From Octopus bimaculoides (Eukaryota), in NCBI RefSeq assembly GCF_001194135.2, contig NC_068991.1, forward strand, positions 7,019,953-7,083,952: 64,000 nucleotides of DNA, given 5' to 3'. The notes beneath the pieces are model-generated. The model was not told the origin of the DNA, made no database searches, and saw nothing but the letters and a program-made list of their open reading frames with translations. Below, one piece after another: positions 50,718 through 63,231 of the stretch; the first letter of the stretch is position 1, and every line of letters begins with the position of its first letter. The translations under genes were made by a program, and so were the position numbers.

Positions 50718-52003
50718 CTAGAAATCAAAGAATACGGTTAAAATATGTATTTTAAATATCACGTTGAAATCTGTTTTTTTTTTCCTGTATTTTGTTTCTT
50801 TTCTTTTTTTTTTTTTTTATAAATATCACACCTATTTTTCAAGTTGGATCGTTACTACAAATGCACTGGTTCTTCATTAGTTTTTGCAGCCTCACCCTTT
50901 TTGAGTAGTTGTTATGCCTAGCGCCCACCCAAGTGGCGAATAAGGTATCATGATGAAACTAACTTAACAGAGATGATAATTTATAAATTTTGCTCTAAAA
51001 ATGGATTGTGTAAGCTTTTAATAGTGAAATGATAAAAAATTAATGAAGACAAAAGTTGTAAATTTACTATATTCGTTGCAAGTTAACGAATTGCCTCTAC
51101 CTAATGAGATCTCATTATATTTTGATAACCATTACTAGTTTAATCATGTATAATATAATTACTACTATAGGTAACATTTAGGATGTTAATTATGTTACGT
51201 CAATGCCTCACCTCACTACCCCTAAAGCCTAATGCCTCCTTTGGTATACCCAATGCCCCCTTAGGGGCAGTATTGTTCCCATTGAGAACTTTTGCTGTTT
51301 TTGATGGCATAAAAGACGCACATGTATATTAAACAGATCTATTATATTTATTACAAAGATGCATTGGCTGGGACGATGACACTTGTTGCACATTGTGAAT
51401 TGTAAAGCTAGGTTGAGTACAATTGAGTTATTGTTCTTGTGTAACCTCAGGGGTGAGCTCTGATTGAACAGACCTAGAGGCAAAGCCATTCCAGCTATGG
51501 TTATTCTAATATTTATTCAGACGTGATATATCTGAGACTATTTAACCAATGTGTCATTCCTTTTGTAACAGCAGCAGCAGCCACTGCAGTCACTGCCACC
51601 ACCACCATCATCATCATCATCATCTATTCTCCACACTGGCATGGGTTAGATGGTTTGACAGGAACTGATAATCCAGAGTACTACACTGAGGTCCAATGTC
51701 TACGTTTGCATGGTTTCTACAGTTGGATGTCCTTCCTAACACCAACCACTTCATTCACAGAGTGTACTGGGTGCTTTTTTTTGTGGGCCCAGCCCTGTTG
51801 AGGTCACTAAGTATTTGTACAACAAGACCCCTCAACCAAGTGTATGGTTGTTCTTAAAGGTTACTTTAAAGTTACCCTCATTGAGTAGCCCCTGCTCATT
51901 ACAACTGACTGGGGCTACTCAATAACAACAGTTTGCTATGTTAGAAATGAGGGTTACAACCTATTTTTTTGAAACAATAAAAGGGGTGAAATGCTTGCCT
52001 AAC

Positions 52004-52152
52004 CTCTCTTGGTTTTCAAGTTCCTGAAGCTTGTACTTTTCATATTCAATTCTTTCCAGTTCAGCATCTCGCTCCTCTTCAAATATTCGAATTTTCTCTT
52101 CAAGTTGTGACTCAGCAATCTTGTATTGTTGCTTGATTTCTTGGAGGGACAG
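52004..52152 (-). CDS. KIF16B: KIF16B-like exon 10 in window (149 nt)
   Basis: Acceptor tttctctacttgaag, donor ag|gttagg; both sites are weaker than average. Reads LSLQEIKQQYKIAESQLEEK...KLQELENQE; its phase 2 end fits the next exon. Confidence 0.82.
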
Positions 52153-54095
52153 CTTCAAGTAGAGAAATTCAATTTAGAATTGTTGGCACAATAGCAAAGT
52201 GACTATTTCTCTAACAAACCACAAACTTACCAGTCAGTGTAAATTAGAAATTCCACAACTAATTGTGCTTTCAAAGCATACCAATTTCACACTGACCATA
52301 CATATACAAGAAGCCATTTAAACATAAGTCAAAAAGGGAGCCTCTTCATGGTCGTTTGACCTACTAGAAATAGCAACCAAATCTCCCTGAAATCACATCT
52401 TATAGCTTAAAAATTGAAGGAGGCAGTGTGGTTAAGAAGCTCACTTTGCAACCATGTGCAACCACTGTTTGAATCAAGAGTCAAGCAGGCTTTGAATTGA
52501 GAGTCAAGAGTCTATTCCTATAGATTTTGTCTATGGTTATCATCTTAACCACCTGGCAGAGACTAACCCCACCATCCTGCCTGCTACAGGCCTCCAACTC
52601 TTCAAGAGTTCTCTCCTCTTACATCATCTGTATCAAGATTTTGGCCAAGTATCTTTTGCTGAACCGCTAAGTTACAGGGAATGTATGTATGTGTCTTTGT
52701 TATTGTTCTTCACCACCACTTGAAAATCTATTTGTTTGTGTGTTTATGTTCTCATAGCTTAGCAGTTTAGCAAAAGAGACTTATAGAATAAACACCAGAT
52801 TTGAAAAACTAAGCACCAGGGTTGATTTGTTTGACTAAGGCCAAGGTGATTGCACGACTGCAATTTAATAACTGAAACAAAACAAAACAAAAACAAAAAA
52901 AAAAAACAAGTTTTATCCCTGCATGAGATAAAACGTGTGGTTTTACATGACGTGTTTTATCTCACACAGGGACAAAACCTGGCTTTGTTTAGTTCTCACT
53001 GCTGGGATAAAATTGTATGTTTCTCCCTCAAATCACTACTACCCTAATTAGGAAAAAGACATTAATCTTACACGGCTCTAACGAGATGACTGGTCATGTT
53101 TGGAAGGCCTTTTATCTATCATAAGTTTGCTTGACCTGAGTTGACAGGCAACTATAAAACAATGATAATCTACAATTTTAAAATCTCTTTTATAAGCAAA
53201 TAATTCTTTTAGTAGATGCATTTTGAGAGAACATTTCAATAAATAATTCTAATTTATGGTAGAAATCAATAATTTTTTTTTTCACTATTAACCTCACTTT
53301 CAGCAATGAAACATTTATTACATATAAATACAGTTGGGTGGTTAGGAAACTTGTTTAACAACCACATGGTTTGGGTTCAGTTCCACATTGAGCCAACCAA
53401 TCCATTATGAGTGAATTTGGATGATGCTGTTTATGATGAAGATGATAAACATGTGTACCTTCTGTGTTTCTTGCTCTGAGGAATCACTTCATACTTCATA
53501 TTACAATGAATTACGAACTTTGAATGGAGTTGAAAATCATAAAAAGAAATTTTTTTTTAAAATTGATAAAAAAAACGAAGTGTAACTAATCCAGAAAGTA
53601 ACCCAACCAACCTGAACAAATGTAGAATGATATATGTGTTATACCAGAAATAGTGCGTGCACACCTTGTATATGTGCAAAATGACACATGGCAAGTGTAT
53701 ATATGCCCATGTGCCACATTACTACATATAGGTCATGAACTTCTAGCTCTGAACTCACATATTGTTATTTCATTGTTCCTATTCACCCTAATACACATTT
53801 ATCATGACCTTAGCTAATCTATTAAATTTTATCAGTGATGACCTTGTGTAAATGTGATATATTCATACTGACTCATTGTAGCACTTCTATTAACAATAGT
53901 AAAATAATCAATCGTTATCTCTCGTATGACTTGACTTGTTGCACGTTTCCATTAACAAAAAAAAAATAAAGAGAGAAAGAAAGCAAGAAAGGAAAAAAAA
54001 AAAAAAAGAAACCCGTGAAAGTGCTTCAAGGGAAACAGCACTGAGTTTCTCAGAATTAAACTTCATGAAATAAACCTTCCATACTTTAACTGGTA

Positions 54096-54926
54096 CGAGG
54101 GAGGTGTGAAAAGTTCATAGGCTGACTATGAAGGGGAGATACTAGAGCTGTGAAATCTTGCAGGCATTAATTCCAACCATTCTTATTAATAACTGCATTG
54201 TTTCTTTCCAGCTCAACTGACACCTGACTGTTCAAAGAAGAATTCAAAAGTAACTGGTAGTGACTTCTCTTGGAAATGGACAAAATTTGGCATCTTGGTG
54301 TTATCAAGTATCTGCCGAAAAAGGGTTTAGCTCCCAATGACATTCATACTGACAAGGTTGCTACATTAGGGGATGATGCTCCAGCTTTATTAACAGTGCA
54401 AAAGTGGGCAGCTGAATTTAGGAGAGGAAAAATGGAGATGACCCAGTGTCTTGACATCCTGCAACAGCCACCACAGAGGAAAATATTGATCGTGTTCACC
54501 ACATGGTGATGGATGACAGGCGACTGACTACAAACTAAATAGCTAATGCTATTAGCATACCCCATGAGAGAGTTGAGAATATTCTGCACAATGGCCTTGG
54601 CATTGCAAAAGCTTCTGCTTGGTGGGTGCCACATTTTCTGACACCTGATCAAAAGCACACCTGGCTGATCACATCACAGGAAAATCTGACATTGTATGAG
54701 GCAGATCCAGCTGGTTTCCTTGAATGTCTCCTAACCCAGGATGAGTGTTGGCTACAAAGAAACAATCCATGTAGCAGAAACACCCCTTCTCACCTGTTCC
54801 AAAGGAGACCAAGGTCATTTCATCTACAAGGAAGGTGATGGCCTCAGTTTTTTGGGATGCAAAAAGCATTGTGTTTATTGACTGTCTTCAGAAGGGCTAC
54901 ACCATCAATGGAGAATACTATGGCAA
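54096..54926 (+). mobile_element. Mariner transposon remnant (left TIR plus frameshifted 5' part of the transposase)
   Basis: TA + cgagggaggtgtgaaaagtt terminal repeat. Translated pieces include TVQKWAAEFRRG, DDRRLT, WVPHFLTPDQK, LLTQDECW and KVMASVFWDAKSIVFIDCLQKGYTINGEYY. The element is truncated at a repeat insertion. Confidence 0.93.
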
Positions 54927-55160
54927 GTCAAAGAACTGCACCAAGCTCCACTGGCTGTTTTGGTATGGTTGTCTTTCCTAATGCCAACCACATTACAGAG
55001 TGGACTGGGTGCTTTTCACATGGCACCAGCACTGGTGAGGTCTGTTTTGGCATGGTTTTTACAGCTGGACGCCCTTCCTATCATGCCAACTGAATAAAAT
55101 AAAGGTAATTCTGAATCTGTTTGGGTTTGGGAAGTTTGCTAAATAAAACAGTCAACTCAC

Positions 55161-55267
55161 ATTTGAAGTATTTTCTTCAATAGAATTTTGTCTCTGCTTG
55201 GATGAAGAGACTCTTTTAGGCACTTCGTGAATTTCTCCATTGTATTCAATAGAAAATGAAGGTGAAC
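55161..55267 (-). CDS. KIF16B: KIF16B-like exon 9 in window (107 nt)
   Basis: Acceptor tttcttttaacag, donor aat|gtgagt. Reads SPSFSIEYNGEIHEVPKRVSSSKQRQNSIEENTSN. Confidence 0.83.
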
Positions 55268-55758
55268 CTGTTAAAAGAAATTATAGGAATAGACATAAAC
55301 CACTTTACAAGATAGCAATAATTAATATTCTCTTTGCTTATAATAAATATGTAATCAGCTTCTTTGAGTGAAGTCATTAATTTTTAAAATCTTGGTTTGT
55401 GATAAACATCGGAACAAACAGTAAGCAGAGTCTAATATTGGAAAATTGAGCAACATGACCAAACAGCCTGAGAATGAAGGGATCCATGAAATTAAAAGTT
55501 TTCTGACCCCTGGTCTAAAATGTTAAAACTGAATTTTCTACACATACATAGAAAAAATAGGATATGTCTGTCGTGATTTTTAAAAAATCAGTTAATTTAT
55601 AATACATATTGATGGCACAGTCAGTTTAATACTTCGCAAGTTATCAAAATTTAATTTTATTTATTCTGTTTCAATTCAAAATGTCAGCTGCCAGATAATT
55701 TCTAATGGTTCATTGCAAAATATCACAACGAAAATTATTTTATAATTAATTCACTTAC

Positions 55759-55811
55759 CATTCTTTATTTTTTGTTTTGTTGGACTGGACTGTTCCAAAA
55801 GAGCAAGAAGT
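55759..55811 (-). CDS. KIF16B: KIF16B-like exon 8 in window (53 nt)
   Basis: Acceptor tttttcttatag, donor g|gtaagt. Reads (R)LLALLEQSSPTKQKIKN(G). It is required to convert phase 2 to phase 1 between exons 7 and 9. Confidence 0.85.
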
Positions 55812-56845
55812 CTATAAGAAAAATAACAAAATAAACATCTTAATAATGTTGATGAGGAAAAAACAATTATATGAAGAGTGTAAAAATACAATGACATAAA
55901 GTAAGCAACATCATCATTCATCATTTAACATCTGCTTTCCATGCTGGCATGGGTTGGACGGTTTGACAAGAGCTGGCCAGGCAGAAGACTGCACCAGACT
56001 TCCGAGTCTGGTTTTTATGGCTGGATGCTCTTCCAGATACCAACCACCTTACAGAGTGGATTGAGTGCGTTTTACATGGTACCAGCAAAGGCGAGGTCAG
56101 TTTTGGCATGGTTTTACAGGTGGATACCCTTCCAAATGCCAACCGCTTTACAGTGTGGACTGGATGCTTTTTACGTGGTACCAGCACCGGAAGGGTCACC
56201 GAGTAACTTGCAAGACAAGACTACAAAATAAGACAGATTCCATTTACATTGGTAATTGATTGGATATTTTCAGTTCTATTTGATGTCCATTCAGTTCCAT
56301 GTTGTAACTTTTTAATGGTTTTCTGGGCCAATTTGCTTTATTTAAATTCCATGAATTCGTACAACATAATATTTATTATACAAAGTCACATAGTTTACTC
56401 TAGCACACTTAACAACCTATTCTTTTATTTGTCTCAGTCATTTGACTGTGGCCATGCTGGGGCACCACCTTAAAGGGTTTTAATCGAAGTAATTGACAAC
56501 AGGACTTATTCTTTGTAAGCCTAATACTTATTCTATTAGTTTCTTTTACTGAACTGCTAAGTTACAGGGACATAAACACACCAACATCAGTTGTCAAGTG
56601 ATGGTGCATACAGAGCATACTGGCTTCATTTCTTACAAGCCTACGCATGTCCTCAGCAGTCACAGCCCATCTTTGATCAAGCAGACTTATAAATAAAGTC
56701 ATTCAAACTATGACCATTCTGTGGGATTGAACCCAAAACTATGTGGTTGCAATGCAAGCTTCTTAACCACATGGCCATACCTGTGCCTATTGCAAAAATT
56801 CTAGGAAATCAGATTGACAACAGAATATGTAAAAATCTAATTTAC

Positions 56846-57675
56846 CTTCGCTTTTCTTTGGCAATTCTCTCGAGTTCAAGTCTTTCCTGCTTTTCTACTT
56901 GGTCTTGTCTTTTCTTAAGTTCTATTATAGATGCTTGAAGGTTTCCATCTTGTTCTTCTGACTGTTTCATCATCTGTTCTTGTTTTACAGAAAGTTCGTT
57001 AATTTCACTGACCAATTTTTCAGTAGAAATCTTTAGATTCTTCTCCATATCTTGCAAGATTTCTTCCTGCATCTTTACCGAATTTTCCCGTTCTTCCAAA
57101 ATCAGGGATTTTTCATAAACCTGTTTTTCAATGCGAAACTTCTCAGATTGCCTCAATGCATTCTTTTCCTGATCAATTTGGTCTTTTTGTTCATTAAAAG
57201 ACTTTGTGAACAGGTCCTTCTTATCATTATATCTTTGTAAATAACTTTTTTCCCCCTTAATATGTTCCTCCTCATGAAGAAGCAGCTCCTTCACAGCAGC
57301 TTCCAATTCTTCAATTTCTACATTGATCTTTTCTCTGTCTTCAGCATTTTTTGCTTTAGTATATTCTTCTTGTTTTTGCTGCTGGTGTTTTTCAAGTTCT
57401 TGTTTAGCGTCCTCTATTTCTTGTTTCTCAAAATTAATATCCTCAAAGTCCTTCTTATGTTGTATTTCAAAGTCTTTCATAGAATTTTCATATTCTTGAA
57501 TCAATTCGATCTCTTTATTTTCAATCTGGTACCATTTCTTCTTCACTTCTTCTCCCTGACTTTCAATCCATCCATCATGTGCTACAGTAAATTCAGAGAA
57601 TTTTTTCCCAGCCTCTTGAAGCTCATAGGTCAAACCTTCAATTATCCTTTTGTCACCTTCCAATTCTCGTCTCAT
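56846..57675 (-). CDS. KIF16B: KIF16B-like exon 7 in window, large E/K/Q-rich coiled-coil exon (830 nt)
   Basis: Lies within ORF 56842-57732. Acceptor tttttcttcaag, donor ag|gtaaat. Reads MRRELEGDKRII...LELERIAKEKR. Confidence 0.93.
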
Positions 57676-58667
57676 CTTGAAGAAAAATATAAAAAAAAAA
57701 AAGAAAAAACATATATTGGAATAAGTAACCATAAAATCCTGGATTCAAACCTTGCTATAATGTATTTTATATAACCCATGCTAGCATGGAAAGCGGACGT
57801 TAAACGATGATGATGATGATGATGATGATATATATATATATATATATTTTCAAGTTTAAGTGGTAATCATCGCTTAACATCTGTTGTCCATGCTGGCATG
57901 GGTTCGACGGTTTGACTGGAGTTGGTAAACTGGAAGGCTGCACCAGACTCCAGTGTGATTTGGCATGGTTTTCTACGGCTGGATGCCCCTCCTAACGCCA
58001 AACTACTCCAAAAGTGTAATTGGTACTTTTATGTGCCACTGGCATGGGTGCCATTTGCATGATACCAGTATCAGCCATGACTGCAATTTTGCTCGGTTTG
58101 ATGGGTCTTCTCAAGCATGGCATAACGGCAAGGGTCTTAGTCATTACTTCTGTGAGGCCCAACGCTCAAAAGGAACTCAGCCACTTTGCCTCTGTGAAGC
58201 CCAACAGTCGAAAGGAATTCAATTTCTTTGAAAGAATTATTACTTCTATTAGAATAATAATGGTAAGTTTGTTTCCATTCTTAATTGTCAATAATTTAGG
58301 TTGATGACAGTTTCAGATACGTTACTAATTAGCAAGGCTAAAATTTATAATAGTCACTTTACAAATATATCACACCATTTTTGGCAGCTGCAATATCTTT
58401 TGTATGAAGTAGTTTATCCCAAAGCTAGGCAGAAGTGTAAAACATAGCATGTCTGCTTAACGTTTCTGTTACCATATTTCTGCTGGACAGATCAAAGGAT
58501 AGAGATCAGACTAATATAGACCTCCTCTTCCCACAAGTAAAAACTGGTTTGTGTTGGGCTAACCACTCCAACCTAGAAAAAAAGCATCGATGACAATGGG
58601 AGAAAAGTCATTGATAACCTATACTCTATAAGGAACAAAGGGCTTAGATAAGTAAAATAGCACTCAC

Positions 58668-58826
58668 CTTTTGTTTTTGATACTCTAAGTCTGCCTTCTG
58701 TTGATCATATTGTTGCGTCATGGCTTCTAGCTTTGTTTCTTTATTCAATTTTTCCATCTCAATGTCTTCAATCTGCTGCTCCAAATTCAGTTTGGCTTCC
58801 TGCTTCAACTCCAGATCGTGAATTTC
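58668..58826 (-). CDS. KIF16B: KIF16B-like exon 6 in window (159 nt)
   Basis: Acceptor ttattttgtag, donor aag|gtgagt. Reads EIHDLELKQEAKLNLEQQIE...LEYQKQK; phase 0/0. Confidence 0.9.
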
Positions 58827-59564
58827 CTACAAAATAAATTACTTGTGCTTAAACCAGTTCGGAAGCAGGTGGTGAGATTCTAGTTATCCATCTAGGGCTC
58901 AGCTGACATCTGTTCTAACTCTTATCTACTCATACACAAATTACAGTTATATCGGTTTATAGTTATGACACTTTATTTAAAAAAAGAATATACCTTGATT
59001 GAGTCTGAACTTAATTATTGTAACACATTTCTGTCGTTGGACTGCACCTATACTGAGTAAAACCTTCGGGATAATCATTAGATAAATTTGATCAAATTAG
59101 TAAGATTTACCAGACTTACGTCCCTTTCAGAGAGTTATCACCCCTTCTATTCATCATCATCATCGTTTAACGTCTGCTTTCCATGCTAGCATGGGTTGGA
59201 CGATTTGACTGAGGACTGGTGAAACCGGATGGCAACACCAGGCTCCAATCTGATTTGGCAGAGTTTCTACAGCTGGATGCCCTTCCTAACGCCAACCACT
59301 CAGAGAGTGTAGTGGGTGCTTTTACGCGTCACCTGCACGAAGGCCAGTCAGGCGGTATTAGACTTAATTATATGACAAAATAGTTACACCAATGTATACA
59401 AGCAAAAACATTATATCCTCGTTCATCGCTTAATGAACTGGACAGTTTGCCATAATTTGATTAGTTGGAGGACCACACTGCGAGGCGCAGATATAAAAAG
59501 TTCATTTTGTAATCACATTTCAATAACCGAAACAAGTAAATGATAGAAGATAAATTATTCTTAC

Positions 59565-59702
59565 TTTCTCTAACAATTCCTTTGTCTTCATAAGATTGTT
59601 TCTCAGAACCGTTTCCTCCTGTGTCAGTTTCTTCAATTCATTCTCCACTTCAGTGCAGCAGCTGGCCGATCTTTCAGCTAATCGTTTAGCTATTTCTTCC
59701 TC
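59565..59702 (-). CDS. KIF16B: KIF16B-like exon 5 in window (138 nt)
   Basis: Acceptor ttgttctag, donor aaa|gtaaga. Reads EEEIAKRLAERSASCCTEVENELKKL...KELLEK; phase 0/0. Confidence 0.88.
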
Positions 59703-60502
59703 CTAGAACAACATTAAAAAAGTTACATATTTCATGTATTTAACTTTTGACTAGCATCATATAAAACCTAGAATTATTATAGATTTTGTGTTATCATTCT
59801 AGGTACATGCATGGCTGTGTAGTTAACATATCCACTTCTCAGCCACCGTCGTTCCAGGTTCAGTCCTATTGCATGGCACCCTGGGTAAGTATTTTTGTAC
59901 TATAGCCTTGGTCTGACCATTGCCTTGTGAGTGAATTTCGTAGGTGGAAACTGAAAGAAGCTCTTCATCATCATTTAACATCCTTTTTCCATGTTGGCAT
60001 GGGTTAGACAGTTTGACAAGAGCTGGCAAGCCAGAGAATCGCACTAGGTTCCATTGTCTGTTTTGGCATGATTTCTACAGCTGGATGCCCTTCCTAATGT
60101 TAACCATTTTACAGGACACCAGCACCAGTACAGTTTTTTATGTAGCACCATCATTGACAGGGTCACTTGCAAAATAGAAACTCCTCATCTAGGAATGAAT
60201 AGTAGCATTAAGTTGGGCGGCTTTATGCCAGTTGGTGAGAGACGAAATGCACATAGTGACAGAGATAGGTGTCTTATATACTTTATAAATATAAATATAT
60301 ATATATATATGAATAGAAATCCCAAATTAGGTAACGGAGTAGATAAAATCCAGGCCACATACTTCCTACACCTTGATCCTTAGATCTTACCTTTGCATAT
60401 ATATATATATATATATATTATAAGAAGTTTCTATGGTTGGATCATCATCATCGGTTAACGTCCGCTTTCCATGCTAGCATGGGTTGGACAAAAGTGTGTG
60501 AT

Positions 60503-60620
60503 GCTTACAGCACCTAGGTTTCCCAAGCGGTCACCCATCTAAGTACTCACTGGGCTCTGCGTTGCTTAACTTCGGTGATCGGACAAGAACCGGTGCTCTC
60601 AACGTGATATGGCCATAATG
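60503..60620 (-). rRNA. Dispersed 5S rRNA copy (probably pseudogene/orphon) in a KIF16B intron
   Basis: The reverse complement ggccatatcacgttgagagcaccggttcttgtccgatcaccgaagttaagcaacgcagagcccagtgagtacttagatgggtgaccgcttgggaaacctaggtgctgtaagc follows the metazoan 5S consensus. The first ~6 nt are diverged; TTTT lies 9 nt downstream. Confidence 0.92.
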
Positions 60621-61086
60621 GATGTCCTTCTTAATGTCCACCATTTTTACAGAGTGTACTAGATACTTTTTATGTGGCCCCAGCACTAGTAGGGTCACCA
60701 AGTAACAGGCAAGACAACACCCTTTCATAGAGAGCCAAGTGCAGAGAGGCTAAAATGGGAAAAGGGACAGGAACAGGTGTCCAGCAGCATCTAAATCTAT
60801 TTTTCTCTCTCGCTCTTTCTCACACTCTCTGTGTCATTTACACACGTTTTCTCTCTCTTTCTCTAAAAGAAATCACTTGTGTTCAGACCTGGAGAGAGAG
60901 ATAAGCTCTGCCAAGTTTAATATTCTCAAGACACACCATATGCCATGAGGATAACCATCCAACTTCATCAGTAATGAAGGACTTCACTACTCACTACATG
61001 TCATCTATATCTATATATATATATACCATGTATCACATCTTACTGGCACAAATACTTCTATCACAAGAAAAATGAAAACTTTTTAC

Positions 61087-61230
61087 CGTTTCCTTTTGCC
61101 TTTTTATTCTTTCCATTTCTTTCTCCAACTGGAATTTTTCTTTTTCTTCCAAATAATCTTTGAACTGCTTCTCAATTTCCTGACTTTTCCGTTTTAATTT
61201 CGCTTGTTCTTGTCTAACTTGTAGCTGAAC
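61087..61230 (-). CDS. KIF16B: KIF16B-like exon 4 in window, coiled coil (144 nt)
   Basis: Acceptor caatttacag, donor acg|gtaaaa. Reads VQLQVRQEQAKLKRKSQEIEKQFKDYLEEKEKF..., similar to the VQLQIRKQEESLKRR segment of vertebrate KIF16B. Confidence 0.92.
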
Positions 61231-61947
61231 CTGTAAATTGATAATTTTAAGAAGCATTTTAACTAACTTTAATTAAATCTTTAAATGTTTGGGATTAATT
61301 GTTGTTAATAAAATTATACAATTTTTCTGGTTATTAATTTCATGTTTAGAGATTACCATTTTTTAAAATATATTTCAACCATTTTGATCTCTGATCTCTA
61401 ATTCAGTTTAGTACTGTTTACACACGACAACTGAAGATAAAACCAAGCAAAACACTGGAGATTGTCTGAAAAATTGTAGCTGTTTTTATTTGTTTTTTTT
61501 TTAGTGTTGGGGTCTTCTCTTGAAAAATATCACTCCAATTGTGAAGGCAAGTGGCTTAGTGGTTAGGGCATTCGGCTCACGATTCCCAGCAACATGTTGT
61601 GTCCTTGAGCAAGACACTTTATTTCACGTTTTCCAGTCCACCCAGCTGGCAAAAATGTATTTTAAAGGGCCAGCCTTGTCACGCTATGTGTCACGCTGAA
61701 TCTCCCTGAGAACTACGTCCTGTTTCTTGAGTGAGAGAAAGTTGGGGCAAAAGAGTACAACAGGGGTCACCCCCCCCCTGTCGGAGCCTCGTGGAGCTTT
61801 AGGTGTTTTCGCTCAATAAACACACACAACGTCCACTCTGGGAATCGAAACCACGATCCCCTAACCGCGAGTCTGCTGCCCTAACCACTGGGCCATTGCA
61901 CCTCCACACCTTTGTCCTTAGCTGTTATATGACTGTTAAAGACTTAC

Positions 61948-62101
61948 TTTTTTTGTTTCATCTTGAGCTTTTTCCATTTCAAGTTGGAGAGAGTTCAGCT
62001 GAGATCTCTTGATTTGCAGCTCCTTTTCAAGTTCTGCCTGCTTGCACAGACGATCCATCTCAGCCTGTCGATGCTTCTCCTCCATATTTTCAATCTCTTG
62101 C
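61948..62101 (-). CDS. KIF16B: KIF16B-like exon 3 in window, coiled coil (154 nt)
   Basis: Acceptor tttctttccag, donor aaa|gtaagt. Reads QEIENMEEKHRQAEMDRL...EMEKAQDETKK. Confidence 0.92.
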
Positions 62102-62408
62102 CTGGAAAGAAATTTGACAAAAATTGTAAAATTTTTAAAAAGCAAACACAAATTATTATGACAAAAAAATGCTTCAGATATTTCATGCTTTGTCAGAAAT
62201 GCTGGAAACTTTTGAGCAAAAATTTTTTTTTTCTTTATGTTTCATATTAGCTTGACATCTCTAAATCCAATAATTTCAAAAGTATAACTTAACAGCTTAC
62301 AAATTACTTTTGATAAATCTAAGAAGGGCTCCTGAAATTGTTCTTTTGCATAAAAAATACTTTCAAAAACTCTTTACGAAGAGAAAAAGCTATTCTCTAA
62401 AGTCTCAC

Positions 62409-62462
62409 CGTTTTTCTTCCAGCATTTCAATTTCTTGGCGATGAACTAAATCAAAGTCTCCA
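62409..62462 (-). CDS. KIF16B: KIF16B-like exon 2 in window (54 nt)
   Basis: Acceptor ccttcattcag, donor cg|gtgaga. Reads (S)GDFDLVHRQEIEMLEEK(R); phases 2/2 fit both neighbours. Confidence 0.88.
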
Positions 62463-63231
62463 CTGAATGAAGGAAATAGGAATAAGGAAGAAAAATGAAT
62501 AACAAAAGCTAAGGGTTTATTTTTAGTGTAAAAATATCTGTAGTATATGTGAGGAAATTGTTTTAAATCTATTTGAGAACTCCTTAGAAGAAAGAATAAA
62601 GTTTAAATTATATAATAAAAAATATGATAATGTATAGTAACAATTAAATACAAAAGAATTTAAATTTACTCTTTGATGTAGTTCATAATCTTCTCATAAA
62701 GAATAATGACAATAATGAGGTAATTAATTAGCAGTTGACAATAAGGATGGATATTTGTAACAAAATGTCTTATTTACAAAATCTCTAAGCAATAACACTG
62801 AATAAATATATTCTAGTAAACAAAAAGGTTACCAATAACAATTCTATAGTAAGCATATTTTAAAAATCTCTTATCAGCAATTCATTTTCCTTTTCCCTGG
62901 TATTTCCCAGTAAATTCATACTGACACAAATGTTACCTTGAAAAACAAAATATTTTGTTCGTTGGGACTCTCCTGCAGTGAGATAGTCCCTTTACAACAG
63001 ATTTCTCCACTTAAAATTATAAGGATAATGCTATTAGTCGATTTACATCACAGGAATTTAGAAACTTCAAGAGATTTGAAATAAATCATTTTTAATGGTG
63101 TAAGCAGATGTAGCTTTTTATACTTTGAGTTCCAATAATAAAAATGATTTATTTCATATCTCTTGAAGTTTCAACATTCTTATAGCATAAACAAAATACA
63201 ATTCTTGCTGGTAAGAATGAAGCTTTTAAAA

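Noticed and set aside
53458-53520. Possible small exon (SDSSEQETQK or FVIHCNMKYEV...)
   Set aside because: No acceptor/donor combination fits the phase 0/0 junction between exons 9 and 10.
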